Shown here: one piece after another, positions 31,421 to 44,418 of the stretch | Layout: every line of letters begins with the position of its first letter | Numbering within the stretch: position 1 is the stretch's first letter | Translations under genes and position numbers: made by a program | DNA from: Cladosporium halotolerans | Taxonomy: Eukaryota | Assembly: GCF_011745625.1 (NCBI RefSeq) | Contig: NW_027191468.1 | Location: 124,001-188,000 of the forward strand | Direction: 5' to 3' | Length of the DNA: 64,000 bases | Notes under the pieces: generated by a model | What the model was told of the DNA's origin: nothing | Database searches by the model: none | What the model saw: only the letters and a program-made list of their open reading frames with translations

Positions 31421-34006
31421 GTTTGCGAAACTTGCGGTCCCTGTAAGGACAGTAAAGAATGCGTAGGTAAGTGTGTGAACGGTGGCGATCTGCGCACGCG
31501 CTCGCACGGGTTGTCTTGGTATATGGGGTTGAGAGGTGTCGCGGGAAGAGGAGGGTGTTGGTGTCGAGGACCAAAGGTGGGTGTGTGTGGTGACGTTTGG
31601 TCAGCTTGGGAACGCGGCGGGCGATAGATTACTTCCAGCGGCGCGAGATCACATGCGCCGGCACGCTATCGCGCAACGAGGCCAGGCGGCAGTGGTCGCA
31701 CGCACGTGGAAGCTCCGCTTTGGCCTGCGACAGACAGAAGGCACGATGCGGCAAACGGTGGCTCAACGGCGGCCTCCCAGCATGTGCTGCGTGGACGGCA
31801 CAGTACAGGCAGGCGCAAGGCGCAGTGAATGCGAACGACGGAGGGGGCAGGCGAACGGTGCGTGCTCTGGCTGGAATGATGAGACTCTGAGACTCGGAGA
31901 CTCTTGACTTTCTCACTCTCTGACTTCGACGCGCACCGCGGACTGGACTGGACAGAGCCGAGGACGAAGCTTTCTGGGGACGATGTGAGGAGATCTAGAC
32001 GGCGGCGCGATGGAGGGGCAGGCAAATGTTAATTACTAGGTAGCTCACCCAGCTCCCGATTGCCCACCCTGCCGCCCTTCACTGCCCGCTGCCCCTCACT
32101 TACCTTGCCTTACTCACCGGGCAGGCTGGCACATGCTTTCGCGCGCGATGCGCTGAACCCTACCGCAGAGCGCATGCAGGTGCGGACGAGGCGTCCATGG
32201 CAGTTGTCCAGCGCGCCGCTAAGCACGCCTGCCGTCGCTGCCTGCCCGCTGGTCTGCCTGCCTGCAGCCGTCGTGCCACGCAGGGCAGATAGCGGACCTC
32301 CATGCGGCCCTCCATGCGTGCTGATACAGCCGCAGCGTGGTGAACAGATACGGACGAGCACCGATGCGGCGGAGTCGTAGCTACATTGGCGATCGCCCGC
32401 TCCGCTGTGGGGAGGAGTGATGGGGCAGCAGTTCTACTGGGACTGGCAGTACAGTAGTGCTCCCTGCTAGTACGCTAGACCGTCGACCAGCTTGCGCCAT
32501 CATGGCAAAGTGGCCCCCGGGTGGTCGCCGTCTCCGCAAGCGAAAGAATGCCGGCCCAGCGCGCGGCGTGAGTGGACCGGCGGCAATCAACGATGCCCGT
32601 CCGTCGGCAAATCACAGCCCTCCACCGCTCTCCATTTTGCATTTTCCACCACCGCCAAACGCATCTTTAGATTGCGCTGTTTTCCTTAGCTCGTCCCGTG
32701 TCCTGATTCCCATGCGGGCTCGCGCTCTTGCTGCAACCCCATCACCCTAGACCTCCACTTCGTCCAATCTCACTCCGCCCGTCGCCGCAGCCATTGGCTT
32801 GGCCGACCCTTGGGCCGGCAGCTAGCAGATGCGAGCATCGCAAAGGCTGCACCCTCCCACGGCCGGATGCAGCTGGCCTGTCGCCGGGCGAGAGAAGTAT
32901 GCACCCAGACGACATGCAGGCCGGCCCAATGTCTGGTGGAGGATAGATGCCTAGGCGTCTTTCCTTGCAGGGGAGCGCTAGACGCGAGGCGTTCACACCA
33001 GGATCCATGATCGGCAATAATGAAGTAGTTCGAACCACTTCGGCGCGAGATGTTTGGTGCATGCGATGCCATGCTATGCCATGCCAGCCATTCCCGAACT
33101 CTTGCTCGGGGAGCCGCTACGTCCGGTATCACCGCCTACTACCAAACGACTGGCTTGAGCGCATGGCGGGCAAAGCGAGTTCGCATCCCTGCAAGGCCAC
33201 GATCGGCGCGGTTCGAGTTTGTGCACGTCTAGGTTCTTACATAAGGTACTGTACACATATACGTAGGCATGATACCCGGGGGGCTCGCGTTTCATCCTCC
33301 AATGAATACGCGAGCTCTCGTGAGCTGTTCAATGCTGACAGAAATCCTTCTCAACGCAATACACGTTGACTACCACGCACGTCTGCAGACTGTAATTCTG
33401 TAAAGTAGCGGCGTACCTCTCTGCCTAGTTAGATATCAGGCCATGGTCGTGGGGGCGCACCGCAGCTTATGCCGAACACTCTCACTTGCGATCTGCCGGG
33501 CATGCTGGACTTCGGTATACCAGTAGAATCAGCAGGGCTTTGGCACATGATTCACCTTGATCGTCAGCCTGACTACTCATTCACGGATATAACGCAGAGA
33601 CAATGCGATAATGACATGGATGCCTCGGTCGTCGTGTCCGACTACATGCCATGTCGTCCCATCTACCTCGAGTCACAGGGTGACAAGGAAGGTGCGATGA
33701 CCGCCAGCTTGGCTTCAACCTCACCCGGTCGAATCCCCCGACTCCGCCATCCAGCAACACCAAACCCATTGCCCGTATACGTACACCGTTTGCAGGCCCA
33801 GTAGCTAGGCTTGAGCGCCCTCTTCCCTGCTGCTGTGCGACTCGACCAGGGATTCGCAGGCGGTGAACTCGATCCCCACACACCGACCGTCCCAATACTG
33901 CAGCCTCAACCGTCCTGAGGCCCTGCGACCACACCAGCACACGAACCCCTCCGGCCGGCTATGCAGCGTGAAGCATCCCCGGCCGTCCAGAGCGTGATTG
34001 ACAAGC

Positions 34007-36268
34007 ATGGATGTACAAGGCTGGCTGCAAGGTATCGCCGACAGGGCACCACCACCAAACCCCTCTGACGGCCTCGATGCGCGTCCATCCCACTTCGCTC
34101 TCCCAGGCGTCGAGGCAACCACTAGGACGGATCGTCGCCGCAAGAGACGACGTCGCGCCAGCGATAGCTCGATCATCGCACCGCAGCCCCGGCTACGTGA
34201 ACCGGGAGGCTGCTCGCAAAACACCGGGGAGCACCGGCATGTGGGAAGATCTGTGCCACGTTCGGATTCGGCCGGCCGGCACGACGCTCGTAGTCGAGGC
34301 TCTGCGAACAGCAACATTGAGAGTCGACGCAGACGCGTTTCTCGCAAAACTTACGAGAAACGCGCAAGGCACAAAACTAAGGCTGATCGGTATGAGCTCA
34401 AGGGTCGAAAGACCAAAAACGTGCCACGTGACGAGACGGGTGATGATCATGCTTCCAACCTACGTCGCCACCGGAAGCGCAGGGGCGACGATGGCAAACG
34501 CACAGAGAATCTGGTTCAAGGGTTTCGACTGAAAAATGGCCCGAAAAACAGTCGATTGACGGTAGGTCCAATCTGCATCGACGATGTGAATTAACGTTGA
34601 CATGCGAGCCAGCTCAAACCCGATGTGGGTACAGGTTTGTTCAAACATGGACGTGCGTCAGCTCAATTGGCTGGCAGAGGCAACGGATGTGAGTGCTTTT
34701 CCCAATTGCTTCTCGATATTGCGATTTTGTTGACTCGTGAGTCAGTACCTGATCTTGCCTTCAACGAGCTCAGATTTTTGCAAGATCACAAAGGGCACCA
34801 GGATGAGCCTCACCAAGGTGCAAATGGCAGGCCTAGCAAGAAAGAACGCAAAGCAGATGCTGAACGCGACGAATTCTCGGCGTACTTCTCCAAGCGTCCG
34901 GCTCGGGAAACTTCACGCCAGCCACGACAAAGCACAGGAGCAGTAGGTATCCCACGTCCAGTACGAGGCAATTCACCCAACCGCCGAAGCCATGCACGTA
35001 ACGTTGGCAGCAGCCCGCTTTTGTCAGACACGGAGCTACCTGCGGTGCCTTATCTCGGCTTCGGGAGCAAAGGCAACATCAATCAGGGGGGTCAACCGCG
35101 TTCTCCTACCACGAGTTACCTCACGTGGTCGGAATCTGTCGTGGGCAATGTTCCTCCCGTGAATGGCGAGCGGATGTCAGAGGATGTGCTCAGGGCCAAT
35201 CAGCCAACAGCACCTCAAAGACGTGATGAACCTTCGAAGCGGAGGACTCCATTGATCAGATCCACCGTCGAACTTCCGCAAACCAATAGATCTGGCGAAG
35301 GACTGCAGAAACGTCCGAAGCGTGCCCGAGGTAAAGCCCATTTCGAAACCTACAACGACCAGGATCATTGCGACACTGAGCCAGCAGACGAGACCTGCAG
35401 ACCAAGTGACGAGGCACCACCCTCACTCCCCAATGTGCCTCCCAAAGCTGTGGCTCAGCTTGAACACACTGGAAGTCGCAATCAGCAGGTACCGACCTCA
35501 AGCTTCAACACCTCCGACATTCTGGATATTCGCAAAAGGCTGGACGAATTGGCAGCAGATGCGCCACTAAACACCAAGACAAGCAACCCACCAAATGATA
35601 ACAAAGAGAACATGTCGCCCCCACCGCCGCCCTCCTCGCCAACCACGAAGGCTCTCCGAGTTGCACAGGAAGCGATGGCACAGAATCACAGAGATGCTCT
35701 TCGGAAGCCTCCGATGGTTGCGAGGAGGGTCTTGGGCCATCTGGAAGGTGGCGCATTCGAACGCACATCTCACCATACGCCTTGGCCTATGCAACGCCAG
35801 CCTCTCATATCTCAGGTGCAGGCGTCGAACAGGCACGAAAGCCCATGGTCTCGGCACCGTGAGATTCCACTGCAGTCCGACTATGCCATTGACCAGCAGC
35901 TCTGGCAGAGCGACTTTGGTGTACCAAACGGGGTTGATGAGGTTGCGGTCGACGAGATGGAAGCCTACCCTTTAAGTGGCATGGTCCACGGTGCTAATGC
36001 AGGCAACACAGCAGACTTCGCCTTCGCGATTCCGCGTGCTTTCTCCAGACACCAGTCAACCACGCGTTCGGTGTCGTACAGAAGCGATAACCCAGAAGCA
36101 CTTGCACGGGACTCGTCGTGGCCCCAAGGCGCTATGTCAAACGTGAGGGGTGAATCTTCGCAGTTGGAGTTTGCAGGAGAGAATGGGCGGTTGGAGGCTG
36201 TTATGGGTCACGATGATGGATTCGAAGATGAGCTTGCAGGGTTCTGGAGGCCTAATCGCCTATATTGA
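34007..36268 (+). CDS. Uncharacterised, largely disordered fungal protein (exons 34007-34561, 34613-34688, 34746-36268)
   Basis: Long ORFs joined by two GT-AG introns. Motif-like islands are YEKRARHKTKADRYE, RLTLKP..GLFKHGRAS, PDLAFNELRFL and the C-terminal FWRPNRLY. Confidence 0.75.
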
Positions 36269-36718
36269 GAAGACAGAGCGGCATTGATATGGCGGAAATG
36301 TGTTAATGACTTGAACGAGATGGAACCAATGTGTCTTTTCTGTAATTCGGGGAGTGGTAGAGTCGTTGAAGCACTCATCCATTGTTGATCCATCAATGTA
36401 CGACTTCTCAATCACGTAGCACCATCGCCGCCGCGGCATGTCTCCAACGCACTGACGTGATGTGTTGTACCGCACCGCATGTACGTGCACCCGCCGCGGC
36501 TCCTAACGACAGCCGAGCGGCACGAAAAACGGACGGGAGGAGGTGTGGCAACAGGGGATCTGCAGGCTTCACGATTCTCCACCGTCACAGAGCCTCGCCG
36601 CCGCCACGCAGACACTCCTCATACCTAGGCAAAAGGCAGAACCCGCATACCCTCGGCCTGCGCCGCCCTCAGCAGTCCCGGCCAGCCTAGCTAAATTGCC
36701 CTCTGCGCCGCCCACCTG

Positions 36719-38077
36719 ATGCCGGCCGCGCGCGCCCTCACCGCCCTGCATCCATTGAGGCCCCAGCCAGCCCGAGCCCTCCAGCGCGCCCCGTTTCACC
36801 ACCGCCCGGCCGCGCTCGCCGTGACGCTTTCTACGCTGGCGCCGCATCATCAACCCCCACGACCGACTTCAACGACCCCTCGCTGCCCCACCACGCCTGC
36901 CAACGCCGACAAAATTCCTGCCAACACACCCTCTTCGCGCGCGGCCCAGCTGCGTCGTCACCTCTCCTCCTCCTCCTCCATCGCCAACTCCGATTCTTCC
37001 AAGAACACCGGAATCACCGCAGCCATGGCCCAGACGATGTCCAACGCCCCGAGCGTCTTCACCCCGCGCAAGATCGGTGCTCCCCACACCCTCGAGCACC
37101 GCATCTACATTGAGAAGGATGGCGTGCCCGTCTCGCCCTTCCACGACATCCCGCTCTACGCCAACGAGCAGCAGACCGTCCTCAACATGATCGTCGAGAT
37201 CCCCCGCTGGACCAACGCCAAGCAGGAGGTGCGTAGCAATAGGACACCCTGTTTGCCGCCGTGCGTCGGCAACGCAGACCGACGCCAATGGCCATTGAAG
37301 TGAGCTCCAGCTGACCGTCAACACCCGCAGATCTCCAAGGAGGAGCCCCTCAACCCCATCAAGCAGGACACCAAGAAGGGCAAGCTGCGCTTCGTCCGCA
37401 ACTGCTTCCCCCACAAGGGCTACCTCTGGAACTACGGTGCCTTCCCCCAGACCTGGGAGGACCCCAACGTCACCCACCCCGAGACCAAGCAGAACGGTGA
37501 CAACGACCCCCTCGACGTCTGCGAGATCGGCGAGCTCGTCGCCAAGCCCGGTGAGGTCAAGCAGGTCAAGGTCCTCGGCGTCATGGCCCTCCTCGACGAG
37601 GGCGAGACCGACTGGAAGATCATCGTCATCGACGTCAACGACCCTCTGGCCCCGCGCCTTAACGACGTCGAGGACGTCGAGAGGCACCTGCCCGGCCTCC
37701 TCCGCGCCACCAACGAGTGGTTCCGCATCTACAAGATCCCCGACGGCAAGCCCGAGAACCAGTTCGCCTTCTCCGGCGAGTGCAAGAACAAGAAGTACGC
37801 CATGGACGTCGTCCGCGAGTGCGCCGAGGCCTGGGAGAAGCTCATCTCCGGCAAGACCCCCAAGGGTGACATCAGCCTGTAAGTCGCAGTTTTGAAGAAG
37901 ACACTACAACATGACCCTGCAGCTAACAATGTTCGCAGCACCAACACCTCTGTCGCTCACAGCAACGACCGCGTCGAGGCTTCCACCCTCAACATCCCCA
38001 AGGGTGAGGAGAAGGCTCCCGCCCCGATCGACCCGTCTATCGACAAGTGGTTCTACATCTCCGGTGCCTCTGCTTGA
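36719..38077 (+). CDS. IPP1: Inorganic pyrophosphatase (exons 36719 or 37025-37228, 37331-37878, 37939-38077)
   Basis: [46 protein letters not shown] and DEGETDWK motifs; ends IDKWFYISG. Confidence 0.97.
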
Positions 38078-38555
38078 ATTTCCAAGCCTACGGCTGTGCT
38101 GTAGACTTATATACAAAAGGTCGGCTGCAGCACGAATGCGTTCTCAAAAGGTATACATGGAAAAGAAATATGGCGGGGCGAAAATTGCAGATCTGTGGTG
38201 CGTAAGGCGGCATAGATAAAAGCTTGCAATGAACGAAGGCATGTGAAACCAATTTCTAGTGTCACCGATGTTTAGTCATGCGTGCAAGTGTGTGTTTGTG
38301 TAGAACCGTCTCGCGTCCGCCGATATAGGAGAGCTCGCAGTTGCCCTGCCCCACCACTTCCACCCAGTCCCGTGACTTCGCGTCGCGCGAGCGTCGAAGC
38401 TGACGCGAACGCCGGACCGCGAGCTTCAAGTCCAATGTCCTTGCTTTCACCCACGATTGCGCCTAGCCACCCTTCTACTCTCTCACCGCCACAAGTGGCC
38501 CAAAACCAGCGAGCACGTTCGCTCAAACATAGGTAGGGCACCAGCAGCGCTCACC

Positions 38556-38954
38556 ATGCCGTCCCTCCGCCGCAACGCCGCCCCGCTGCTAAGGCAGGTC
38601 AACGGCAAGCCGCACGCTACAGAAGACAACCACGAAGTCTCCGCTCTGCCCACGCCGCCTGCTTCAAACGGCAGCAAAGCGATCGGGACTACGGCCGGGT
38701 TCAGGAAAGCTGCGGGCGCAAAAGAAAAGCAGCGGGAAGAAGACATCTACGCGGACCCCGCCTCGAGCAGCGACGAGGATGCGGATGCCCACGAGGAGAA
38801 GGGCACTGCTGTCCCAGAGAAGCCGAGTTCAAAGCAGAGCGAACTAGCCAGCAAGCCGCCCTCCGCGGCCCCTACGACCAAGTTCCTAAAACCCGCGAGC
38901 ACCAAGCGCGCCGCCAGCGACGAAAACGACGACCCCGCCGCTCCCAGCGGCTCA

Positions 38955-38989
<35 letters not shown>

Positions 38990-40100
38990 CATGATTTTCA
39001 ACTCCTCGCAGGCCTCGCAGCAGCGCAGGAAGAAAGCGCGCAGCGGCGCCGGAGGAGGCCCAGCGACGGCGAACATCCACGCGCCGCCGCCGGGCCGCGT
39101 CAAGACGTACGGGAAGAAGAGGATTCTGACGCCGAAGGACCGGAAGAAGGGCGGGTTTCAGGTTGCGAGGGGGCCGGTGGCGGGAGGCTCTGCGGCGGCG
39201 GCGGCGGCGGCGGCGAAAGGGCCGACGTTCAAGGTCGCGAAGGGCGCGGATATGTTTGCTTTCGGGGCGGAGGAGAATCCAGAAGGGGAGACTGGGTCCA
39301 GGACTGTCGAAGGCGCTGCTGATCCGGACTCGCCTGAGCTTAGCGAGCTGAGCGAGCTGGACAGCGGGGTGGAAGAGGTCGACCCGCGGACGCTGGACTT
39401 GCCCGAGCCGAAAGAGTACGTTGCGACAACGGACTGCGCGATCTGCGGCGCGAGCGTGCCGGTGCTGCTCAGGCAGGAGTTCGAGGACAGGTATAACCAC
39501 GGCAAGGCGCTGAGCTACAAGTGGCAGCAGCGGTTTTGCCGGCATCACAAGGCGGATGCCGCGAGGCGGATATGGAGCGAGCGGGCGTATCCGGAGGTTG
39601 ATTGGGAGGGTCTCGATGGGCGCTTGAAAGCTCAGCATGGGCGCCTCGTGGATGTGATGGAGGGTCGGGCGCCGTCGGTTTACAGGGAGAGGCTGCAGAA
39701 TCTGGTCAACACGAAAACGACGAGGTCCGCAGTGTCGGCTTTCAACGAGGCTGGTGCTGGGAAGAAGGTGGAGGATGAGCTACAGGTCAAGCCTGGGTAC
39801 TATGGGCCCAGAGGCGAGAAGATGATGACGGAACATATCCTCGGGCACTTCGCCGCAAGGCTGCGCGAGCTGGCTGTCAGCGATCCTTTGATTGCAGCTT
39901 CTGGCGTTGCTGGAGGCGTCTCTGGGTTCGTGCAGGCGGTGCTTGTACCAGAGGTTGCTGTGGCTCTTGTGCAGGAAGACATGAAGGTCGGCGCGAAGGT
40001 TGCGAGACGACTGTTGGCTGAGAGTCTGGAGGTGGGAGAGCTGCTGAACGAGGAAGCTGATGAGAAGGTAGAGAGCGTCGAGAGCGAGGAGGATGATTAA
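38556..40100 (+). CDS. RTC4-like domain protein (restriction of telomere capping 4 family)
   Basis: Disordered N-half, then CAICG...QQRFCRHHK...W..RAYPEVDW...PGYYGPRG...FVQAVLVPE...EDM...ES..VGELLN. Confidence 0.78.
38955..38987 (+). repeat. (GAC)11 trinucleotide microsatellite encoding poly-Asp
   Basis: Perfect GAC x11 in frame within the RTC4-like CDS. Confidence 0.95.
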
Positions 40101-40545
40101 GCATGATCCGCCAATACACATGTGGGTGGTTCAGGCTCATTTTTGACGAAACGAGGTTTAGCGACGTTTGTTGATACCCTTTATGTTTGTACAAATTTAG
40201 CTTTACAGTATAATCGAGCCATCGATGCTCGGGCCGTAAGTTCTTCCTGAACAGCGGTTCACGATCCGCAGTCCTCCTCCACCTTGTGAATCGGTCCTTG
40301 CTTCGTCTGGTTGGAAGCACCTCTGTCTAAGAAGCACGGCAACCAAGCTCCGTGCCATAGCAGTGAAGCCCAATATCGATTCCCGCCGATCCATCCCTAA
40401 ATCCCACGCGCACGTTCTGTATTCCCGCGCGATGACTTCTCGTCTCTCAGAGAATGCAGGCATTGCAAACCCCGATGCCTCCGTTCCTCACAACACGCCT
40501 ATTCCACTTCAATGTCTTTCGATCCAGACGAAACTTATTATCCCT

Positions 40546-40908
40546 TTAACCGTTAAGCTCTTCCTGTCTCAGCAGCGTCCTCGAATGCCTGTTGACCTCG
40601 GCCTGAATGTCCTTAATCTTCATCTTCTCCAAGTCCAGCTTCATTTCCTTGCCGTCCTCTATTGCGTCCAAGTTAGCCAGTCATCCTCCGCTGTTGGTAT
40701 TGTAGGGAAAGAAGATCAACATACTGAACTTCAGGTCCAAACTAGCAGGCTTGTCCTTTTGTGCCTGGTTGAGCAGCTTGACGTCGATAGCCATGGTCGT
40801 GCGGGCATTGGGCGGCAGCAGGGCAAGGAAGTTGCGCGCCGTCTTGCCGGATTTCGGGTTGAAGGGCGAGAAGGCCGTGGCGACCGAGGTGAGGTATTTG
40901 GTGAGCAT
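40546..40908 (-). CDS. MRPL44: Mitochondrial ribosomal protein mL53 (exons 40908-40725, 40658-40546)
   Basis: MLTKYLTSV..AFSPF...GKTARNFLALLPP...LKF|KDGKEMKLD...EVNRHSR.L.RQEEL. Confidence 0.9.
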
Positions 40909-41186
40909 CTTGTTGGCGGCGTCTAGGGTTTATAGTGCCGGAGGGTGCAAGTGTTTCGGGAGACGATTGTCGGAGGTTTGGCTTTGGCTTTGCGGAGGAG
41001 AGAAGTTGGGATGGCCGAATTGGGAAGGTTGCGACTCGCTGGCGGCCGTTCACATGCTTGAGACTTTGGCTTGAATTGCGCTCTTCTCGCTCGCCCTTTA
41101 CACACAACCTACCTCACATATCCTCGTGCTCAATCGGCTTCCACCCGACCCTTGAAACCAAACAGTCTAGAGGTTGCCAGGCCATC

Positions 41187-42726
41187 ATGAAGAAATCTAC
41201 ATCACAGCGCCGCGTACCGCGCAAGATCGGTGGAGAAGACGACGACGACGAGCCCATGGGAAACAGCACAGGCAGCGGTTCAGCACCAACAGGTCAGTCA
41301 GTCACCAGCGTCCTTCTGCTACTTCTTACCAAAATCTCTGACGCGTCCCAATCTATAGCCCGAACCCCCCGCTGACCTCACAGCAACAGAATCCGCAATC
41401 AAGCGACCGAACAAACCACGCAAATCCACCAACCTGCGCAAATCCTTCGGCCCCTCCGCCCTCCAAACCGACGAAGACGACACCGCCGACTCCGACCCCG
41501 CCTCAGTCATAACCCCCAAGCGCTCCACGCTCTCCAAAATCGCCGTCCAGCGCAACGCCTCCGCCCGCTCCTCCTTCCAACCCTCCGACCTCCCCAGCGA
41601 AGAGCCCGCCGACAACGCCCCCACCTACTCCGCCGCAGACCTCCAGGCCCTGCGAGCCAGCACCCCTTCCACGCCCCAGAACCCGCCCTCCGACACCGAC
41701 AGCGTCACCGCAAACACGCAGGCCCTAGACCTCAATTCCAAATTCGGCTCCTCGCTCGCCCGCTACCAGGCCTCCGCCCAGCAGCGGCCCTCCGCCATCC
41801 CCTCCGCGACCGAAATCGCCGAGAAAAAGGCCCGCCGTGCGCGCCTCGCGCTCGAAGCGCAGGCCGACGAGTTCGTCTCGCTCGACCCGGACGAGCCGGG
41901 CTTCGACGAGGACGAGGACGGCAACGTCGCGCGGGACGAGAGCGGGCGGCTGATCCTGCGGCCGAAAGACAAGTATGGCGCGGCGGAGAGCCGGCTGGCG
42001 CGCGACGACGAGGACGTCATGGAGGGGTTCGACGAGTTCACGGGCGAGACGGGGGCGCGCGTGCGCATGGACGAGAGCACGCGGGGCGGCGAGAGGGAGC
42101 GGCGGAAGGCGGAGATGGCGGAGCGGATAGCGGCTGCTGAGGCGGAGGAGGCCGGCAGCGAGAGCGGGGACGAGAGCGAGCGGGAGCGGAACGAGGCGTT
42201 CGAGGCGGCGCAGACGAGGCATGGGGCTTATGGGGCTGGGGCTGGGGCTGCGGGGCGAGGGGAGGAGGAGGGGAGGCCGCGGACGCCGCCGAAGATCGCG
42301 CCGTTGCCGAGTTTGGAGGGGGTTATTGCGAGGTTGAGGGCGCAGTTGGAGGGGATGCAGACGGCGAGGATGGAGAGGGTTGGGGAGATGGAGGCGCTGG
42401 CGAGGGAGAAGGTGAGGATTGGGGAGGAGGAGGTGAGGGTGCAGAAGGCGCTGAGGGAGACGGGGGAGAAGTTTGAGGCGTTGAGGAGGGAGAAGGGGAT
42501 TGCGAGTGGGGCTGCGACGAAGGAGGGGACTCCTGCGTTGCTGGAGGCTGGAAGGGGTTTGGGATTCTTGGGGAATGGAGGTGCTGGCGAAGATGGCGAG
42601 GACGAAGAGAGGCCTAGACTTGGTCTGGGTATGGCTGGCAGGGGACTTGAGAGTCTGGGAGCCTCTGGTGCTGGCACGCCGGTTGGAGACTCGAGTGACC
42701 AGGCGATGGATGACAGAACGACATGA
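41187..42726 (+). CDS. NTR2: Nineteen-complex-related protein 2 (spliceosome disassembly; exon 1 41187-41292, exon 2 from 41384 or 41390)
   Basis: RRVPRKIG N-terminus, IPSATEIAEKKARRARLA, FVSL, ESRLARDDED.MEGFDEF, AFEAAQTRHG and TPPKIAPLPSL, then a coiled coil. Confidence 0.82.
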
Positions 42727-42900
42727 CGGAATACCCAGTTCATACAATCAATTGTGATAATAATTGAAGGCGAATTTCGTCCCTGTATCCTGTGGTCTGA
42801 GTTTGTGTTCGTGATGGTACATCTATCGATTGCTTTTGAGCTCGCTTGGGAACGCCAATGCTATCCTTTGCGCTTGGTAAAGTCTCCGGGTATATCTGCC

Positions 42901-43501
42901 CTAGTTGATGAAGTTGACGCAGAAGAAGTGTAATATCATGCTGCCAAAGATGAAGTCCGCAAATGCTCTGTGGGTGTTCGTCAGTCTTTAGTTGCCAGTG
43001 TATTCGACATTGATACGTGCATACCGCTCGTGTGAAATGCTCTCAAAATCCGCCTTGTTCTCCGGGTTGGTCTGGATGCGCAAGCTGACAGTGAGGACGA
43101 ACTGGCCAACGGTCGCCGAGAAACCAGAGAGGAAAGCGTTGAAGGGCTAAAATATCTTGTCAGCATGATCCTTGTCACCTCCAGCAAATGCGCATATCCA
43201 AACTCACAAAGTTGCCAGCAATCACACAGTACACGAACTGCCACATCCCCACGGTCATCAGGAACACCAGGAAGGCGTCCAGCAGCTTCACCCGCTGCGG
43301 CGTCTTGTCGACGTAGTTGTTCCACATCCCCACGGCGATCTCCTGCATATCCTGCGCATTGCGGATATCTTTTGTCGAGGGCTTGTTCGCGGCTTTGGTC
43401 GGCGTGCCAGAAGCAGAGGTGACGGCGGCGGTCGGTTTGGCTGCGCTGGGAGGCACGGCGGCCGGCGAGGGAGAGGCGGCGGCGTTCTTTTTGGGTGCCA
43501 T
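42901..43501 (-). CDS. OST2: Oligosaccharyltransferase subunit Ost2/DAD1 (exons 43501-43208, 43146-43025, 42967-42901)
   Basis: [12 protein letters not shown]...[36 protein letters not shown]...SHER|AFADF...[10 protein letters not shown]. Confidence 0.96.
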
Positions 43502-43885
43502 TGTTGTGTTGCGGATGTGGTGTTGCTGCGGGAAAGGAGTGTGGTTGGAGTTGCGCGGCGATTCCAATGGTCATTGGCGGATCGTGAAGTCGTCGCGGCC
43601 AAGCACAAGCTCCAGGTGGCTCTTCGGTGGTCGGTCCCTCGTTCTCCACGAACGCCGAAACGTCGTCTCTGCTGGCTCGTGCGCGCAGCTGCTGGAGCTG
43701 CCAGCCGCCAGCCCTGGGAATAGGTGGTGACGGAGGCAGCCGGCCGAGGTATACCGTAGCTCCAATGCTGACCGGCGCATTGTTGTCTGATCTAACAACA
43801 ACATCACGCGATCTTCGAAAAGCACTTCTCGACAGACCGTAGCAGCACACCGTTCTTGATACAACACCAGAAACAATCAATCAAA

Positions 43886-44268
43886 ATGGTTCGCCTCCCA
43901 ATCCTCTCACAATCCCAGTCCCTTCCTAACCCTACCCCTCCCAGTCCCTCTCGCAAACCGCCTTCCTCCTCGCGACCCTCACCGCCGGCGGCGGCACCAT
44001 GGGCTACATCCGCACCGGCAGCATCCCGTCCGTCGCGGCAGGCTGCACGGTCGGCGCTCTCTACGCGCTCGGCGGCTACCGCATCCAGCAGAAGCAGCAG
44101 TACGGCGTCGAGCTCGCGCTGCTGGCCTCCGTCGTGCTCGCCGGCAGCAGCATCCCGCGCGCGATCAAGACGCAGAAGACGCTGCCGATCGGGCTGAGCT
44201 TGCTCGCGGGCTTTGGGCTTTGGACGTTTGGCACGGCGATGAGCGAGGGGAAGAACAAGGTGCTTTAG
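43886..44268 (+). CDS. TMEM14 family small membrane protein (ATG-only first coding exon 43886-43888, then 43945-44268)
   Basis: LTAGGGTMGYIRTGSIPSVAAG..VGALY...YGVELALLASVVLAGSSIPRA; GTTCGC..CTAAC..CAG intron immediately after the ATG. Confidence 0.88.
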
Positions 44269-44418
44269 GGTTTTTAGCGGACGGGATGGGGTTGCGTTGT
44301 GTGAATATGGGATGGATGGACGAGGGCGTAAGGGCGGATATATCAGTCAGTCAAGTTTAACTAACGGTCTACCTCTGCGATGATATGGCACACACGGCAA
44401 ATGTACTTTCTAGCTAGA

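Noticed and set aside
31421..34006. 2.6-kb divergent intergenic region with short GACT-rich (about 31880-31950) and ATGCC-like (about 33060-33090) reiterations
   Set aside because: Low-complexity promoter-type motifs; no ORF or RNA gene support.
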